NCBI GenBank assembly: GCA_002633005.1
Contig: NMRA01000120.1
Span: 683,940 to 747,939 of the forward strand
DNA from: Phoronis australis
Lineage: Eukaryota > Animalia > Phoronida
Reading direction: 5' to 3'
DNA length: 64,000 nucleotides
Made by a program: the position numbers and the translations under genes. How positions within the stretch are numbered: position 1 is the stretch's first letter; every line of letters begins with the position of its first letter. Shown piece by piece: positions 24,578-36,980 of this stretch. Under the pieces are notes generated by a model. The model did not search any database and was not told where the DNA came from. It worked only from the letters and a program-made list of their open reading frames with translations.

Positions 24578-26063
24578 CTTGTTCTTAACACATTCATGAA
24601 TTTGAGCTATTGCAAACTCATAGCTATTTCCGACAAACCTGATGGCACGAGCTCATTTGTCACGCATACATGTAAATAACAGCCGTAGGAATCGTCTAAA
24701 AATTAAGCTCGGCGATTTTACAAATTACAAATGTCAATTTCGTATCTGCAAATTGAACCCGGAAACTTTACTCATTGCAAAATGCAATTTCGTGTCATTT
24801 TTTAGTCTTTCCTGGGAGTAATATACATATATTGGTCCTAGGTCTTTACTATCACAACCCCGTCAGTCCCATACGTCGTCTTCCCGTATTTTAGTATCCT
24901 GTCTTTCATATTGGTCAAAGTCGGTGCCCCTATCTAAGTATAGCTAAGCTCTTATAATGACGCTGCAAATGAAATATATCACTCGTAAATTGATCGAGTT
25001 GATACAGATTAGTAAAATTCTCTCCCTGTGCATTCTTGTTACACCACCGACTCTCAAAATTTAAACGAAAAATTTTGCCTATGATGATGAACACAGCTTG
25101 ATCGTTACTCATGATTGAATCAGGTAGTGTAAGAAAGAATTGTTTGGATGAGTAGATGTGATATGTTGACACAGATGGTAGATTTGGACGAAAAGGTAAG
25201 CGAAAAAGTACAAAGGGACTCAATTTTCAGGGTTAAGGTAACAGAAATTTGACTAAATTAAGTAAATCGTTATTGTCCTCGAAACTTGAAACTAGAGCTA
25301 GAGCAATTTTGTTTCAGTCTTGTGCCACAATCGCCCCATTGTACATGTATGTAATATTAATGTCAACGAACCAATTATTATGCTGTTCTCGCGTGTTTAT
25401 CTTGTTAGTATTGCCTGTTTTTAAGTAACATAACAACCACGTCGCCAATAAGGCTGTGTCATCAATCAAGCAAAAGTGTGAAATTGATTAAAAATATTCA
25501 GAGGAATTTTGCCAATAAAATTTTCTGAGTCGGCGGGTTTTTAGCGGGTTGGTCGCGTACAAGGGCAAACAAAGTGTTATTTAGGTCCCATGTCGGTTAT
25601 TTTACATACATTTAATAGAAAATGATTACTTTTTTTAACATTTCACAACCGTAATTATAGGATATGACTCTAAATGACCTTCCGCTGTAATAGTTGAACA
25701 AGCCATGAATATCAATGGAAACCAAGAAATCAAAACAACAGAATAAAACAATTACCAAATATATATGGAAGAGGCACCTGAAAGTTTGGCAGCAGTTTTC
25801 AACAGAAAGGAGGTAAGACCTGAATAGTATAAGATGATGTAACAGTTATCAATAGCAAGACATTGGCAGAAGCTGGGTTGGTCAGTGTGTCAGTCATCGG
25901 AGGCGAAGCAAGTTGAATGTAAAAGTCTAGTTCCATAGGTGGAAATTCCTCACTGAAAGTTACTGAGTCCTCTACTAACTTGATTCTGAAACTTCTACCC
26001 GAAGTGCGGCATACATGTTATCAGATAAATGCGACGAGTCAGACAGGAATAAAGTTCTGGGGG

Positions 26064-26423
26064 TCAAAGAGTGACTATCAGTAGCATTTGCTGGCGATCT
26101 GGGAGTTGGTGGTTTCCTTGCTTTTTTCTAGCGAATCTGGCAACTTCCATTGGTGTAGCGGTCGCAGGATGAGGATGAGGATGATCCTCCGTTGGTCCTT
26201 GACCTCCGACAAAATGGTTAGAACAAATTGTTGTATACTTGGACACATTTTCAATGTTGAAGTTTTGGCGGCCACACCGAGCGACCCACAGCCTGCACTT
26301 TTTCAAGTCGGTATTCGGCTTCGGAAAATTAACGAAGAATACGCCTTTCATATAGGCCTACTCACGACGCGCATATCTTGAGTCTGAGTTACATTTTCCA
26401 TAGCAGCAATGCTTATTTACCAT
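26064..26423 (-). mobile_element. THAP-domain transposon ORF remnant with a premature stop
   Basis: MVNKHCCYGKCNSDSRYARRE*AYMKGVFFVNFPKP...W...ICSNHF...P shows the complete C2CH THAP signature, with TAG at codon 22. Confidence 0.8.
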
Positions 26424-26694
26424 TATCGAAGGAGAAGTAAGACATAAACGCGATTAAAATACACAAAAAGTACATGAGGAATATGGCGATTTTCTTTGTT
26501 ATTTGCCCCACTTCCGGTCAATTCTCGCACTTTTTCGCGACTTTGCTAAAGAGCTCGCAAAGGACTATTGCTAAATATTATATCGTCTGCAACTCAGGCG
26601 CAGATTCCTCGGTAACTATCAAATAGTGTTTTTATTGAACTATTTTCAGGAAATGTTACACGTTCAATGTATCATCTTTGTTATCGGCATTTTT

Positions 26695-28452
26695 TCACTC
26701 AGGGTGCAAATTTAGATTTTTTTATGTCATGTAATCATATTGACAGAATTCCTTCACCTTTGGCATATATTTGTATGATGATCTTGTTTTGGCACCGGTA
26801 CTTATTACATTTATGCATTTTAAACTATGAAAAAATGTTAATTATGGCCAGAGTAATCCTTGATGTAGCTGAAAATATCCAGAAATACATCGTTATTTTG
26901 TTTCACTGAAACATTACTTGTTTTAATACACATGGCATTTAATTAAATCACACATTAATTGAAATTTAATGTTTTTCATTATTCTAACATGTATTTCTTG
27001 TTTGTCTCCAGAAAATTGCAGGTATCTGAAAAGTCAAACACAATTTTCAGGCACATTTTCAAAATGATGTCAATGTTATGCAAAACACGTAAATTTGCAT
27101 GTGCTCCTTCTCTAACAGCCATGGCGTAAAAAGAAATGCATTATTACTAGTGTTTTGAACTGTGATTCTTAATGGTTGATGGTATATAAAATTTGATTTA
27201 GGAACCACATATTTGAACCAGATGTCCTACTGATTGGATTTCTCAACCAAATAATATCACAGTCGCCTAAGAAAAACTGTGTATTCTCCGTATCCATGTC
27301 TGAATTCCATTAAATTCTTCCATTAAGAAAAGATTTTTGATACTGCACATTGGGAATCTTGAAGCTATTTTTGGCCCACAAAAAATATTAGACCAAGCCC
27401 TGGATTTGAATTGATCATAAGCAAAAATGTCTTTCGTATTCTCCGTAGCAGCCTGTATTCTCAGTAGCCACCAACTTTGAATTGTTGGTACATGGTTTGA
27501 AAAAAACTTGTATCTTGGTGCATGTACTGAGGAAGATGGGAACAAATAATCTCTCCAAAACAAGAACAATTAAAAAAATATTTTTGGGTGGGATTTGAGG
27601 CAAGTTTAGCTAGAATTACTTTTTCAGTTTAAACTGGTTATTAATAAAACATGATGGAAATAGGCATCCCATTGATGGTGATGTGACTGATGATAGTTAA
27701 GAGCTGAGTATGTCCTAATTTCCATTATGTTATATTTTTGTATTTACACAAGTGTGAAGAAAATTAAGACGGTATTATCTCCCTTTTTCTAAACACAACT
27801 GTTTTTTGTAATTCGGAAGTGGTAGTATTGACAAGTAAATGAATTCCATTGAATTGCTTCAGTATTTTTCTTCCCACAAATAGTTACCTTAGCATTTTGT
27901 ATTCTCCGTAACCCCTCACTGACCTCCGTGTTATGTTAGATTTATTTGTGCAAACAATGTTTACTGATAACGAAAAGTGTTTTCCTGTACTTCTTTGATG
28001 GTAGTTTAAGGAATTAGACATTTCTTTTGACAGTGATATGACTCTGATGATAGTTAAGTGCTAAGTATGTCTAAGGATTAAGCACAATTGCTATGTTTCA
28101 TTTGTATACTCACACCTTGTGAAGCACACACAGGTGTGAACCTAGTTTTTTATATTGATGTTCAGTGATCAAGTACATGAGTTACCAGAGTAATAAACTT
28201 TCTTGTTCCTAAGCCAGTTTTAAGTCTTTTCCAACATGAATGTAACGATAGCAATGATGTATTCTCCGTAGTCCACATTTCTTATTTTTGTTATTTCAAC
28301 AGGCCAAATCTTAAAAACTAAGTGAGGATACTTCACAAAAATTTAACCTGATATTCTATATGTCCTGTTGAATCCAATAAAAGAAGTCTCAAAGCTGAAA
28401 TTAAAACTTCATAAAATGCCATTTCTGAAACAAAAGTGTGCACCCTGAGTGA
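26695..28452. mobile_element. Approximately 1.76-kb non-autonomous DNA transposon with 14-bp inverted termini, nested in another repeat
   Basis: TCACTCAGGGTGCA (26695-26708) / TGCACCCTGAGTGA (28439-28452); internal motif GTATTCTCCGTA occurs 4 times. The flanks rejoin to match the uninterrupted repeat at 47641-48075. Confidence 0.75.
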
Positions 28453-29499
28453 TCTCTTTTCAAGGTATAGATCGTTATATTTAAAACTGTTTCTTTTTTT
28501 TAGAAAAAACCTGATAACCTAACGTGCAAGTACATACATTTGATCACCACGTGAAGAGTTTGAGTGTAGTATTTAAAAGTCTGCCATAAAATGAAAGAAA
28601 CTTAGGAATTCGAAGCGTACGGTCCATACGAGGAGTAATGCCTCGTGGAATAAGACAATGTGTTTCATCTACGCCACTTTCGGTACATTTTGTGTATGTA
28701 GTAGACGTTGCAAGATGGTACTTTCGTCAAGAATTGTTTGAAATATATTTTTACGAGCTTTCGCGTTCCATGCCTTAGACCCAGCTGTGAAAACTTCCTG
28801 TCGAGTACATGTGTCTACTTGAAGCTGTTTATTTCCCAGGCGGTAATAATGGTGTATTTAGAGGCATTTGGACTTTCCCAGTTCGATAGTGACATTCTGT
28901 TGTTTTTACGATATGAAGTAACACGTGTAACGGAATTAAGCAACTGCGATTGATTTCCTGCAATTTGTGCACAGGTAATAGAAGATTACACGCAATGTTA
29001 CATTTCTTTTCATAGTTTCAAGCCTGCTTGATTTGTTCGCTGTGTGAAATAAAATGCATTTAGTATTTTTAAATCACTCTAGGTGCGCCTATAACCGCAG
29101 CACCGCTTGCGCCTTATTGCGGAACTTAGCATCATGCGCCTATATGCAGGACACTTGATTAAAAATGTTGCGAAAAATCGCAGTGATCCGCGTATAGGCG
29201 CACTCGTCTTATTGCGGGGCTAAACGGTATGCATATTGGTTAAACAAGGTGGAGTTGCGGAAGGTTTTAGTTACAGTAAATTCCATATGAGATACCAACC
29301 CTGGAACAAATGAGAGCAAACAAATCACAACTTCAGCAGCGCGAGATCGAAGATGGCATTCCAGGGCTAGAGCTCTATTGTTAAACTTATTGGATGTTCC
29401 CTCCCTAAAAAACTTTTTCTAAACCGAAATGCTTCTGTTAGCGTAAAACAAAACAGGCTCGGGGTGCTAAGTGTGTTTCTCTGACAATAAGTTTGTTTC

Positions 29500-30430
29500 T
29501 TGTTTGTTTTTTAATTGTTCACACTCTACAGGTTGCTGTTTTCCTCCGATTTGTACGAAATTCACATACGACCTGTAGTTCCGGAATATGTGGAATCCTA
29601 TTGTTTTTCGTCATGGTCGGATTCAAAATCGCGGACGTTGCGGCCATTTTTTTTTCGAATTCACATTCAAATGCTTATAGCGGCCACAATTTTTGACGTA
29701 CAGGGCTGAAAGTTGGTACCATTATTGTAGCACAAATGCCCTGTAAAATTTACTTCCGATTTATGGCCGAAAACGTCATCTCCTGTAAAGGGCGCATTGA
29801 CAAACCAATCACTTCGAAAGTTCCTGTGATTGCCTATGCCTAAGTGCTGCTTAACCAACAGTTTCTTTCCCATTTTCATTCGCACCAGGGTGCCACTTGA
29901 ACGGGAAGAGCAAATGACGTGAATTTTTCCATGTTGGTTCTATAAGGTATACTTTTTCAAATGTTTTTAACAATTTTTGCTAGACTTACTTTTTGAGTTA
30001 TTTGACTTTCAATTTCAAAAGATGCAAAAGTTTCGAAGTTTCGGAATTTTGTGAATCTTCAATTAAACAGAGTTTTGAACGGGCTTTCAAAATTTGTTTT
30101 TCATTTTTGTTAGAACATCTCGTTCTCGAGTTATTTAGGATTTATTGGCGACCCTGTTGTTGACTGATTTTTGTTCCCTCTCTACAGGTCGCATTTTTCG
30201 TTAGATTCGCATAAAATTTACACGTAATCTCTTGCTCCTGAATAGCTGGAAACCTATTGTTTTTCGTCATGGTCAGATTCAAGATGGCGGAGGTAGCGGC
30301 CATTTTTTTTCAAATGCTCATAAAGGCCGCAATTTATGACGTACACCTCTGAAAATCGGTACTACAGATTTATCGGAAATTGTGCACTTCCGGTCCAAGA
30401 TGGCGGAAATATCAGCCAATGCGTTTGGAC
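29500..30430. repeat. Degenerate interspersed element with two related core units (about 29520-29720 and 30180-30370)
   Basis: Both units contain ctctacaggt...cctattgtttttcgtcatggtc.gattcaa...gcggccattttttt. Confidence 0.6.
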
Positions 30431-30435
30431 ACGTT

Positions 30436-30503
30436 ATCATCATCATCATCATCATAATCATCATCATTATCATCATCATCATCATCATCATCATCATTGT
30501 CAT
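30436..30503. repeat. (CAT)n microsatellite
   Basis: Direct reading of the sequence. Confidence 0.95.
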
Positions 30504-31112
30504 CCTCAGTATGCTATTCAGTCAATTTCACCAAGTGTCGCTCCTCTGAGCACTTTCGTTTTTTAATTTTTCACTGTGAGAGACTCTTGAGATAAGGCTC
30601 CAGACAACCAGCGATTTCTCGACAGAACTAGTCAACACACCTGGCAACTACAGTGCTCAATTTTTATACGCACTGACCAGCGGCTCTGGCCTTCTTAGAG
30701 TAGAAATCTTTTGAGTCATTGAAAATTTTACAAGCTGGTTTACCTAGTCATTAATGTTACCTCCCTGGTTCATTTCCTTGTTATGTTTGTATTACACCCT
30801 GTTATTTTTCGCATTTTGGAAACACTCTTGGGTTTTAGAATAAAAAGAAAGTGTTTTTAAACCTGCCAGGTTTGTGAAATGATGACTATTTTGAGTACAA
30901 TTATTTATCTTTTGCTTCTTTTGTAATCATACACGAACGCTGACCATGGGTTTTCTCATGGCATGACTCTTATTCAATTCGGTTGAGAAATGGCAGACTG
31001 GCAAAAAGTCTTAGTGGCATAGCAAGAATCAGCACCGCAACAAACGAATGTCAATATATTCTTCGTGTACACAACGCCACCTCATCAGTGCGAGATCGAA
31101 AAGGGAGTTACA

Positions 31113-31267
31113 CAGTGGCGGATTTAGAAGGGGCCAAGAGGGTCGTGACGCCCCTAAAATTCTCCCAGACTACATTTGTCAGTTCGGGGGTGCAAATGTC
31201 TCACGGGAAAAATCATGGCTAATACTTTCCCCTGGCCCCCCAACTCAAAATCCTGGATCCGACCCTG
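31113..31267. mobile_element. Short MITE of the CAGTGGCGGAT...ATCCG..CTG type
   Basis: Imperfect inverted termini flanked by a TTACA direct repeat. Related 3' halves occur near 6900-6942, 54505-54552 and 57123-57171. Confidence 0.5.
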
Positions 31268-31499
31268 TTACAGTACTAGATTTCTATTTTCGAACGGGCA
31301 TTAGTGTCACCATATAAGAGCAGGGAATGTTAAGTACTCAAGTCAGTGACAAAGGGGAAATAAATTACGACCAATTGTTTGTTTTAAAGTGTACACAATA
31401 TGACTCTAGTACCTCAAAATAAATTTTATTATTATATCTTACTTGATTTCAGTGCATTTAGTGCACAGGTCATAAAGAAACACGTAAAAATTGAAAAAA

Positions 31500-32200
31500 T
31501 AATAATTATGTACAACGTCATGGGTTGGACCCTAGTCGTTCACCATACTGTTCGGATCAGAGACAATTAAGAGTGAAGTGAAAGCAAAGTACATTTAGCG
31601 CCGAGAAGGTTCGTAGAGGGATCAAAATATGTGTTTCCGGAGGCTGCAGCAACAGCAGCCAGGCGGAGAACGTCTCGATGTTCCGAAGGACACCAAAGTT
31701 GCGCAGAAGTGGCATCGCTTCGTGCGCCGAACGAGAGTGTGGAATCTCATCGTGGACCAAGCTATTCTGTCCGGGGCCATTCTGTGTTCTGCCCACTTTG
31801 AGGACTCGTGTTTCGACTCCAATCACAGGAGATGTTACGATGAAGGCCTGGTTCAATAAAGGACAATATTTTTCATTCAGAAACGTCGGCTCTTAATTCA
31901 GGATCGTCTGTTGGATGACTGGGTTGACTCGCCGAGCCCGAGGCTGCTTCTCTTGCGGGAGGATCCAGTTCGTAAGGCTCAAAGTAGAAAAGTACGCAGC
32001 CGGAAGCACATCAAACTTGTTCTCGCTTTCGTGCAACCCCATTTCCTCATCCTGGCCACCATTCCCGTACGTTTCTTCATAGTATTCATTCAATTCTTGC
32101 TCATAATCGTCGTCGCTTTCAAATTCACAGCTCTCCGCCATTGTTCAATGCTAGTCACTGATCTCTTGTGTTCAACCCATGACGTCACATGGCGGGAAAT
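31500..32200. mobile_element. Internally deleted two-ORF DNA transposon: THAP remnant (+) convergent with an acidic ORF start (-)
   Basis: The + strand gives ICVSGGCSN...(frameshift)PKD...W.RFV...LCSAHFEDSCF (THAP); the - strand gives MAESCEFESDDDYE. A 13-bp inverted repeat precedes both ORFs. Confidence 0.6.
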
Positions 32201-32448
32201 GTGAAAATTGGCAAAATTGAAAAAAAATCAAAATTTCGAGCTAATTACACAAAATAAACATGGGTTTAGCTAAATTTTACGTCATACATTTAGTCTGTGG
32301 CCACCGGTAACTCAAAATGTGCAAAAATCCATGGTGTGTACTGTTTAGAAGATTGTGAGTAGAGTTTGTACCTCGAGAACTTTGTTATCTGATAACGTTC
32401 ATTGCACTGGAATGACAACTTCGATCTTCTTATATACATGTACATCCA

Positions 32449-32509
<61 letters not shown>
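32449..32509. repeat. (CA)n microsatellite ending at a single-N join
   Basis: Direct reading of the sequence. Confidence 0.97.
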
Positions 32510-33159
32510 NAAACATTTATGTCTTGCAGATTATACATTTCAAATAAGTTTTGTGCTGGAATGGTATACAGTGTCTTTAGGTAATTCTTATTATGCATAA
32601 CTTATCTGGAAAATGTATCGTGGAGTCTTTTAGTTTGTACTAAGCAGGGATTGTGATCAAGGCGCACAGTAATGCTAATGCAAGCTTTATAATAAAAGAG
32701 GCACCATGTTCCGAAACGCTGGTGACAGCGACGGTTTTGTAAAAAATAATTAGTTGCTTAGTTGTTATTTATATAATTCATAATTTTTGTAAGTATTTTA
32801 CCTGAGCAGTTTCATAGTAATAAAAGTATTAAAGAACAGGAGCCTTTTCTTTTTGTAAGTCACAGCTCCACATGCAATAGGATTGAAATCACCAACAAAG
32901 TAGGATTTAAAAACCTGAAGCATTGAAAAAACAACTCTGTTGTTATACCCACAAACATTAATATCCCTGCATTGGGCCTGTAAAGGCAACACAAGTGGTT
33001 CAATATTGGCACTGTACTGGCCCACCACTGCACTTCCGCACTGGCTTAATATGAGCCCACCAATGGCCCTGTACTCCGGGCCAACATAGTCTGTCAAAAC
33101 TGGCCTTTTACAGGGCCGAAACCGGTTACGTGATAACCCGCAGTATCCGACACAAAAGG

Positions 33160-33800
33160 CCAGTCCCCGGCGGTCCTGTTTTGTGGTGGGGCGGTCATGC
33201 TTTTAGGTGCGTCAGTCCTGTTTTGGGTGAGTCGGTCATGTTGTTTCTCACCCGTGGTAGTTACCCTCTTGAAACTGGGCATGATTAACGCCAACTGCTC
33301 CGCCTAAACTTCTAAGTATAACTCACTCTAGATCTGGCAGTCTATTTCCCTACTGAGGTACGCGATTTCACTACTTCCCAGTAAACATGCAAGTACTGGG
33401 CCAATACTGGCCCTGATCTGCCTTCTGTATTGGCCCAATGATGTACCTGTAGGCCGCAGCCGGGAGCCTGGTGATGAGTAAAACTCAAAAGCGCCTCGTA
33501 TTATAATGCGAAGTGTCCTCTGTTGCGCACAGAAGATTTCGGTTGATTAATCGGCACAAGACCTTGCATATGCATACATGTACGTATATAGCCCCATTGT
33601 ATGATCTGTGTAGGCCTAACGGTAATAAATCTTAGCCTGTATATATAGTCATTGCGGTTTGAGTCCCCGGCCGGCGGTCCTGTTTTGTGGTGGGGCGGTC
33701 ATGTTTTTAGGTGCGTCAGTCCCATTTTCTGGTGCGGCGGTCCCATTTGATCCCCGGAGGTCCTGTTTATAGGACCGGCGGTCATGTTGTTTCTCACCCG
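33160..33800. repeat. Two copies of a GC-rich modular repeat (about 33163-33255 and 33663-33801)
   Basis: ggcggtcctgttttgtggtggggcggtcatg...taggtgcgtcagtcc...cggtcatgttgtttctcacccgtg occurs twice. Confidence 0.75.
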
Positions 33801-36547
33801 TGTCTACTGTCTATGACATTACAGCATTAAAAACAACAAATATACCATGGTTTTAAGCGTGATGGCAAACGAAATTAACTTATATTAAATGAAAATATAG
33901 ATGAAAAAAAACTCATTTTCCGTCTGAAACACATAAATTTGTTGTTTCAAATATTCTTTGGTTTCGTGATGCAGGGTGTACATGATGCAATTTAGTAAAT
34001 ATAAGACGTTATGAAGACAATTGTGTGATTTAGTGACAAACTGGCCACACTTTTGATTGATACATATCATATGCGTTATCAAACTGGCATGTATGCTTCA
34101 AGTGAAACTTCCCAAAAATATAGTTAAACGCCTTATTGTGAGAGAGGATTGTGTAAATACGTATTGCTACAGGCCAAACTTGCTAGAACATCAAACTTAA
34201 TCGCATTAGACTAATTTGATTATAACTGTTGAACTGTAAATTTGTGAAAGAACTTCATTAAGTTAACACTAGTATGTGAAGCACTTAGACAAGAGCCGTG
34301 TGTTGCATTTTCATCATACTCCACAAATTTTATCGGAAAGTGGTACAATTGCGCAAACACCATTTTATAAAACGAAAACCATTCCCGTGCTAAACGCAAG
34401 GATAATAAAGGCGGCGCATTTTGTGAAACTTTAATATTCATCTTGAATGTTCAAACATTCTAACAATGCGCAGTACATGTACATTCACTGCAGTACAGAT
34501 TACGTATCCTTGTCAGCTCCAGAATCAGCGACAGGGTAATGCACATGCACCACTTGATTGGGAGCAACAGCAACATTATGTATATACTACTCCAGGAGCA
34601 CGTTGATTGGCGTACAGCAAAAATAGGTCAAACTTTCAAGGGGCCTTCCAATTTGTCTTCCAACCATGTCTTTTTGACCTTGTCACTTGAGGTCGAACTC
34701 TGGTCAACTGGACATGATCGCAAATTACCGTCAGCTGAGCATCTATGTTTACTCTGCCTCTAATGTTGCTGTTTTTAGTTGATGTAAGCGTTCTGAAAAT
34801 GTTGTCAGCGGCCTTGTGAGAATGCGCATGAGTTGACACCCATGGATGATGTTTTTTGTCACGACACTTTGCAGTGAATGTTGGCGATTGAAATCGAAAA
34901 ATCTGGCGGTATTTACTGTTTTTACTGGTTTCGATGTCAACAAATGGAAGTTGTAAACGTGTTGATGTCGTATACAAAATGTTTGACTTCAATTTCATGC
35001 GTGGAGTTATTCCGGAAGTACCTGGCGGGCGGCCATATTGGATAGCAGTTGTATACCTTTTTCTTTATTTATGTACTATCGTTTAGGGCTGATCAAAGGT
35101 GCTTGTGGCCAGTACCAACATTAGGTCAATATGTTTCTGAACTAAAGAGCAAATAAAGAGGACACCTCATCTGCGGGTGAAACAGCCCCCGTTTGTTTGC
35201 GCAATAACAGCGAGAAGGTTCTACAGACCCAGCACAAAAGCTGGAAACTGCAACGAAAAATCTTCACTCATGACCTGGATTCGATCCGTCTGCCAACTTC
35301 ACTGACAAATCACTCCAGCGCTCGCCATTTTTCTGGGATAACCTTCCGAGCATACTCCCAAAACTATCACGTGATTTTGCGAGCTTTTGTGAAATCTCAG
35401 GCAGCCTCGTCCCCAAGATTCGTTGTGGCACTGGTCGCCGTGTTTAGCCGTTTAAGGCTTGGTGAGGAAAAACTGAATTTACTTGTCAGAATTCTGACAT
35501 ATTTTTACTGAAATTGACGGTACATTACGCGTGATATTCAGATATATCACCATTAAAATTTGCTGTAGTTTATAAGATCAAATGAACCGTGTAATTTAGG
35601 TTCAATCATTGGAAAATGATGTATTTGAGCTCAAAACCTAGGACAATAAAACAGAACTGACAATAACGAAAACAGTATCTTCTGCTTCCGAATCGCGAAT
35701 GGTTGTAACAACAACGCCTATGAAAATGGTCAGTTTCTGAAAAATAATCAACTTTATCACATCAAAAGTAAGGACAAGAGCCTTCGAAAACTGCTATTTA
35801 AGTATTCAGAGATTCAAGGATTGGAAGGTTGTTTGTGTCGCTCTTGTCAGCGGTGAACCTCGTCTACGGCGAGTCAGCGCGCAGAATGGATATCTCCTCA
35901 TCAAGCCTGAAATGGCTAAATCGATCAGCGCCATCTTGAGGCTTGCGGACGAGGCTGAATCTCAAATTGCTTTTCTTGCAAGAAATTTGGTCTATGGAAC
36001 GCTCTCCTGGCTGGTTTCTTAAGTCTTGGCCATGTTTTGCATGACGACTAAACCGCACGAAAAACCGTCACAATTTTTTTAACATTTACCTTTTAATTTT
36101 TCGTGTATGAGCATTGATGTTATTACTTTTAACGGCTTTATGGTGCATTACACAGTTTTATTGGTCCAGAGCTAGAATGTACAGAAATGGCCGAAGGTTC
36201 GACTAAAACTTAAGAAATCGCTTTGCATAAAATATGATAGTTTACTCGAAGCCTGCCGTTCGTTTGTCCAGCTCTTGAGGTTTGCCTCAATGTTTGGTCT
36301 GGTGTTACTCGGGGCTGTGTTTCATATACTTTTTGTAGAAAACTACTGGCAGACAATAAGTAGAGTAATTCAGCAATATTTTAAATATAGAGCATCAAAA
36401 CTGCAATGTTGAATTCGTACAAAGTCTCGTTTAGACATCAACTTTTGACCAGGCGCAACTGACACGAAGCAAGTTGATCGGTGTCAAGCAGCCGTTTACA
36501 CACACAACTCACAAACTGTGGCAAGACGGAAGTTGTAGGCTAGAGAG

Positions 36548-36705
36548 CGGGCGTGCGTTCAGTAGACGCTAGGACCTACGCTAGGACCTAGCTAAAACCT
36601 AGTCAAAGTCACGTGTTCTAATTTAAAATGCACGGCAATATCTCACGTAATCTCGCGAAGTCTTGCTTTTGAGCGAGGTCCTAGCGTTACTGAACGGGAG
36701 GCGGG
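36548..36705. mobile_element. Approximately 150-bp MITE (copy 2)
   Basis: Same sequence and inverted repeats as 19070-19220. Confidence 0.8.
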
Positions 36706-36980
36706 ATTTGCAGAGACAGAGAACCCGTATGTAGGTCATTGCTAAAGCGCAGTAGAGATGACCCTTTCCGCATTGCCCCAGTTTCGCGTTTAGACTTATG
36801 ATTTACACGGAGCATGATCGAGCGCAAATTGCTCTACCTCACAAACGGGTGGCAAAAGTTGTCACCGCGGTATCAGTTTGCTCTGTGTCAGTCCCGTTTA
36901 CACATATACTTGCACTGGAACATCTCGTTCCGTGTCGGCTGATCCGTGTCAACTTCTGTAGTGTAAAGGGCACTTAAGTA

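Noticed and set aside
26358-26360. In-frame TAG in the THAP ORF read as recoding or readthrough
   Set aside because: The downstream ORF is also frameshifted and truncated; ordinary TE decay is the simpler explanation.
30318-30566. Poly-His and poly-Met ORFs
   Set aside because: These are translations of the (CAT)n microsatellite, with no splice or homology support.
32290-32600. (TH)n and (CV)n ORFs
   Set aside because: These are translations of the (CA)n microsatellite.
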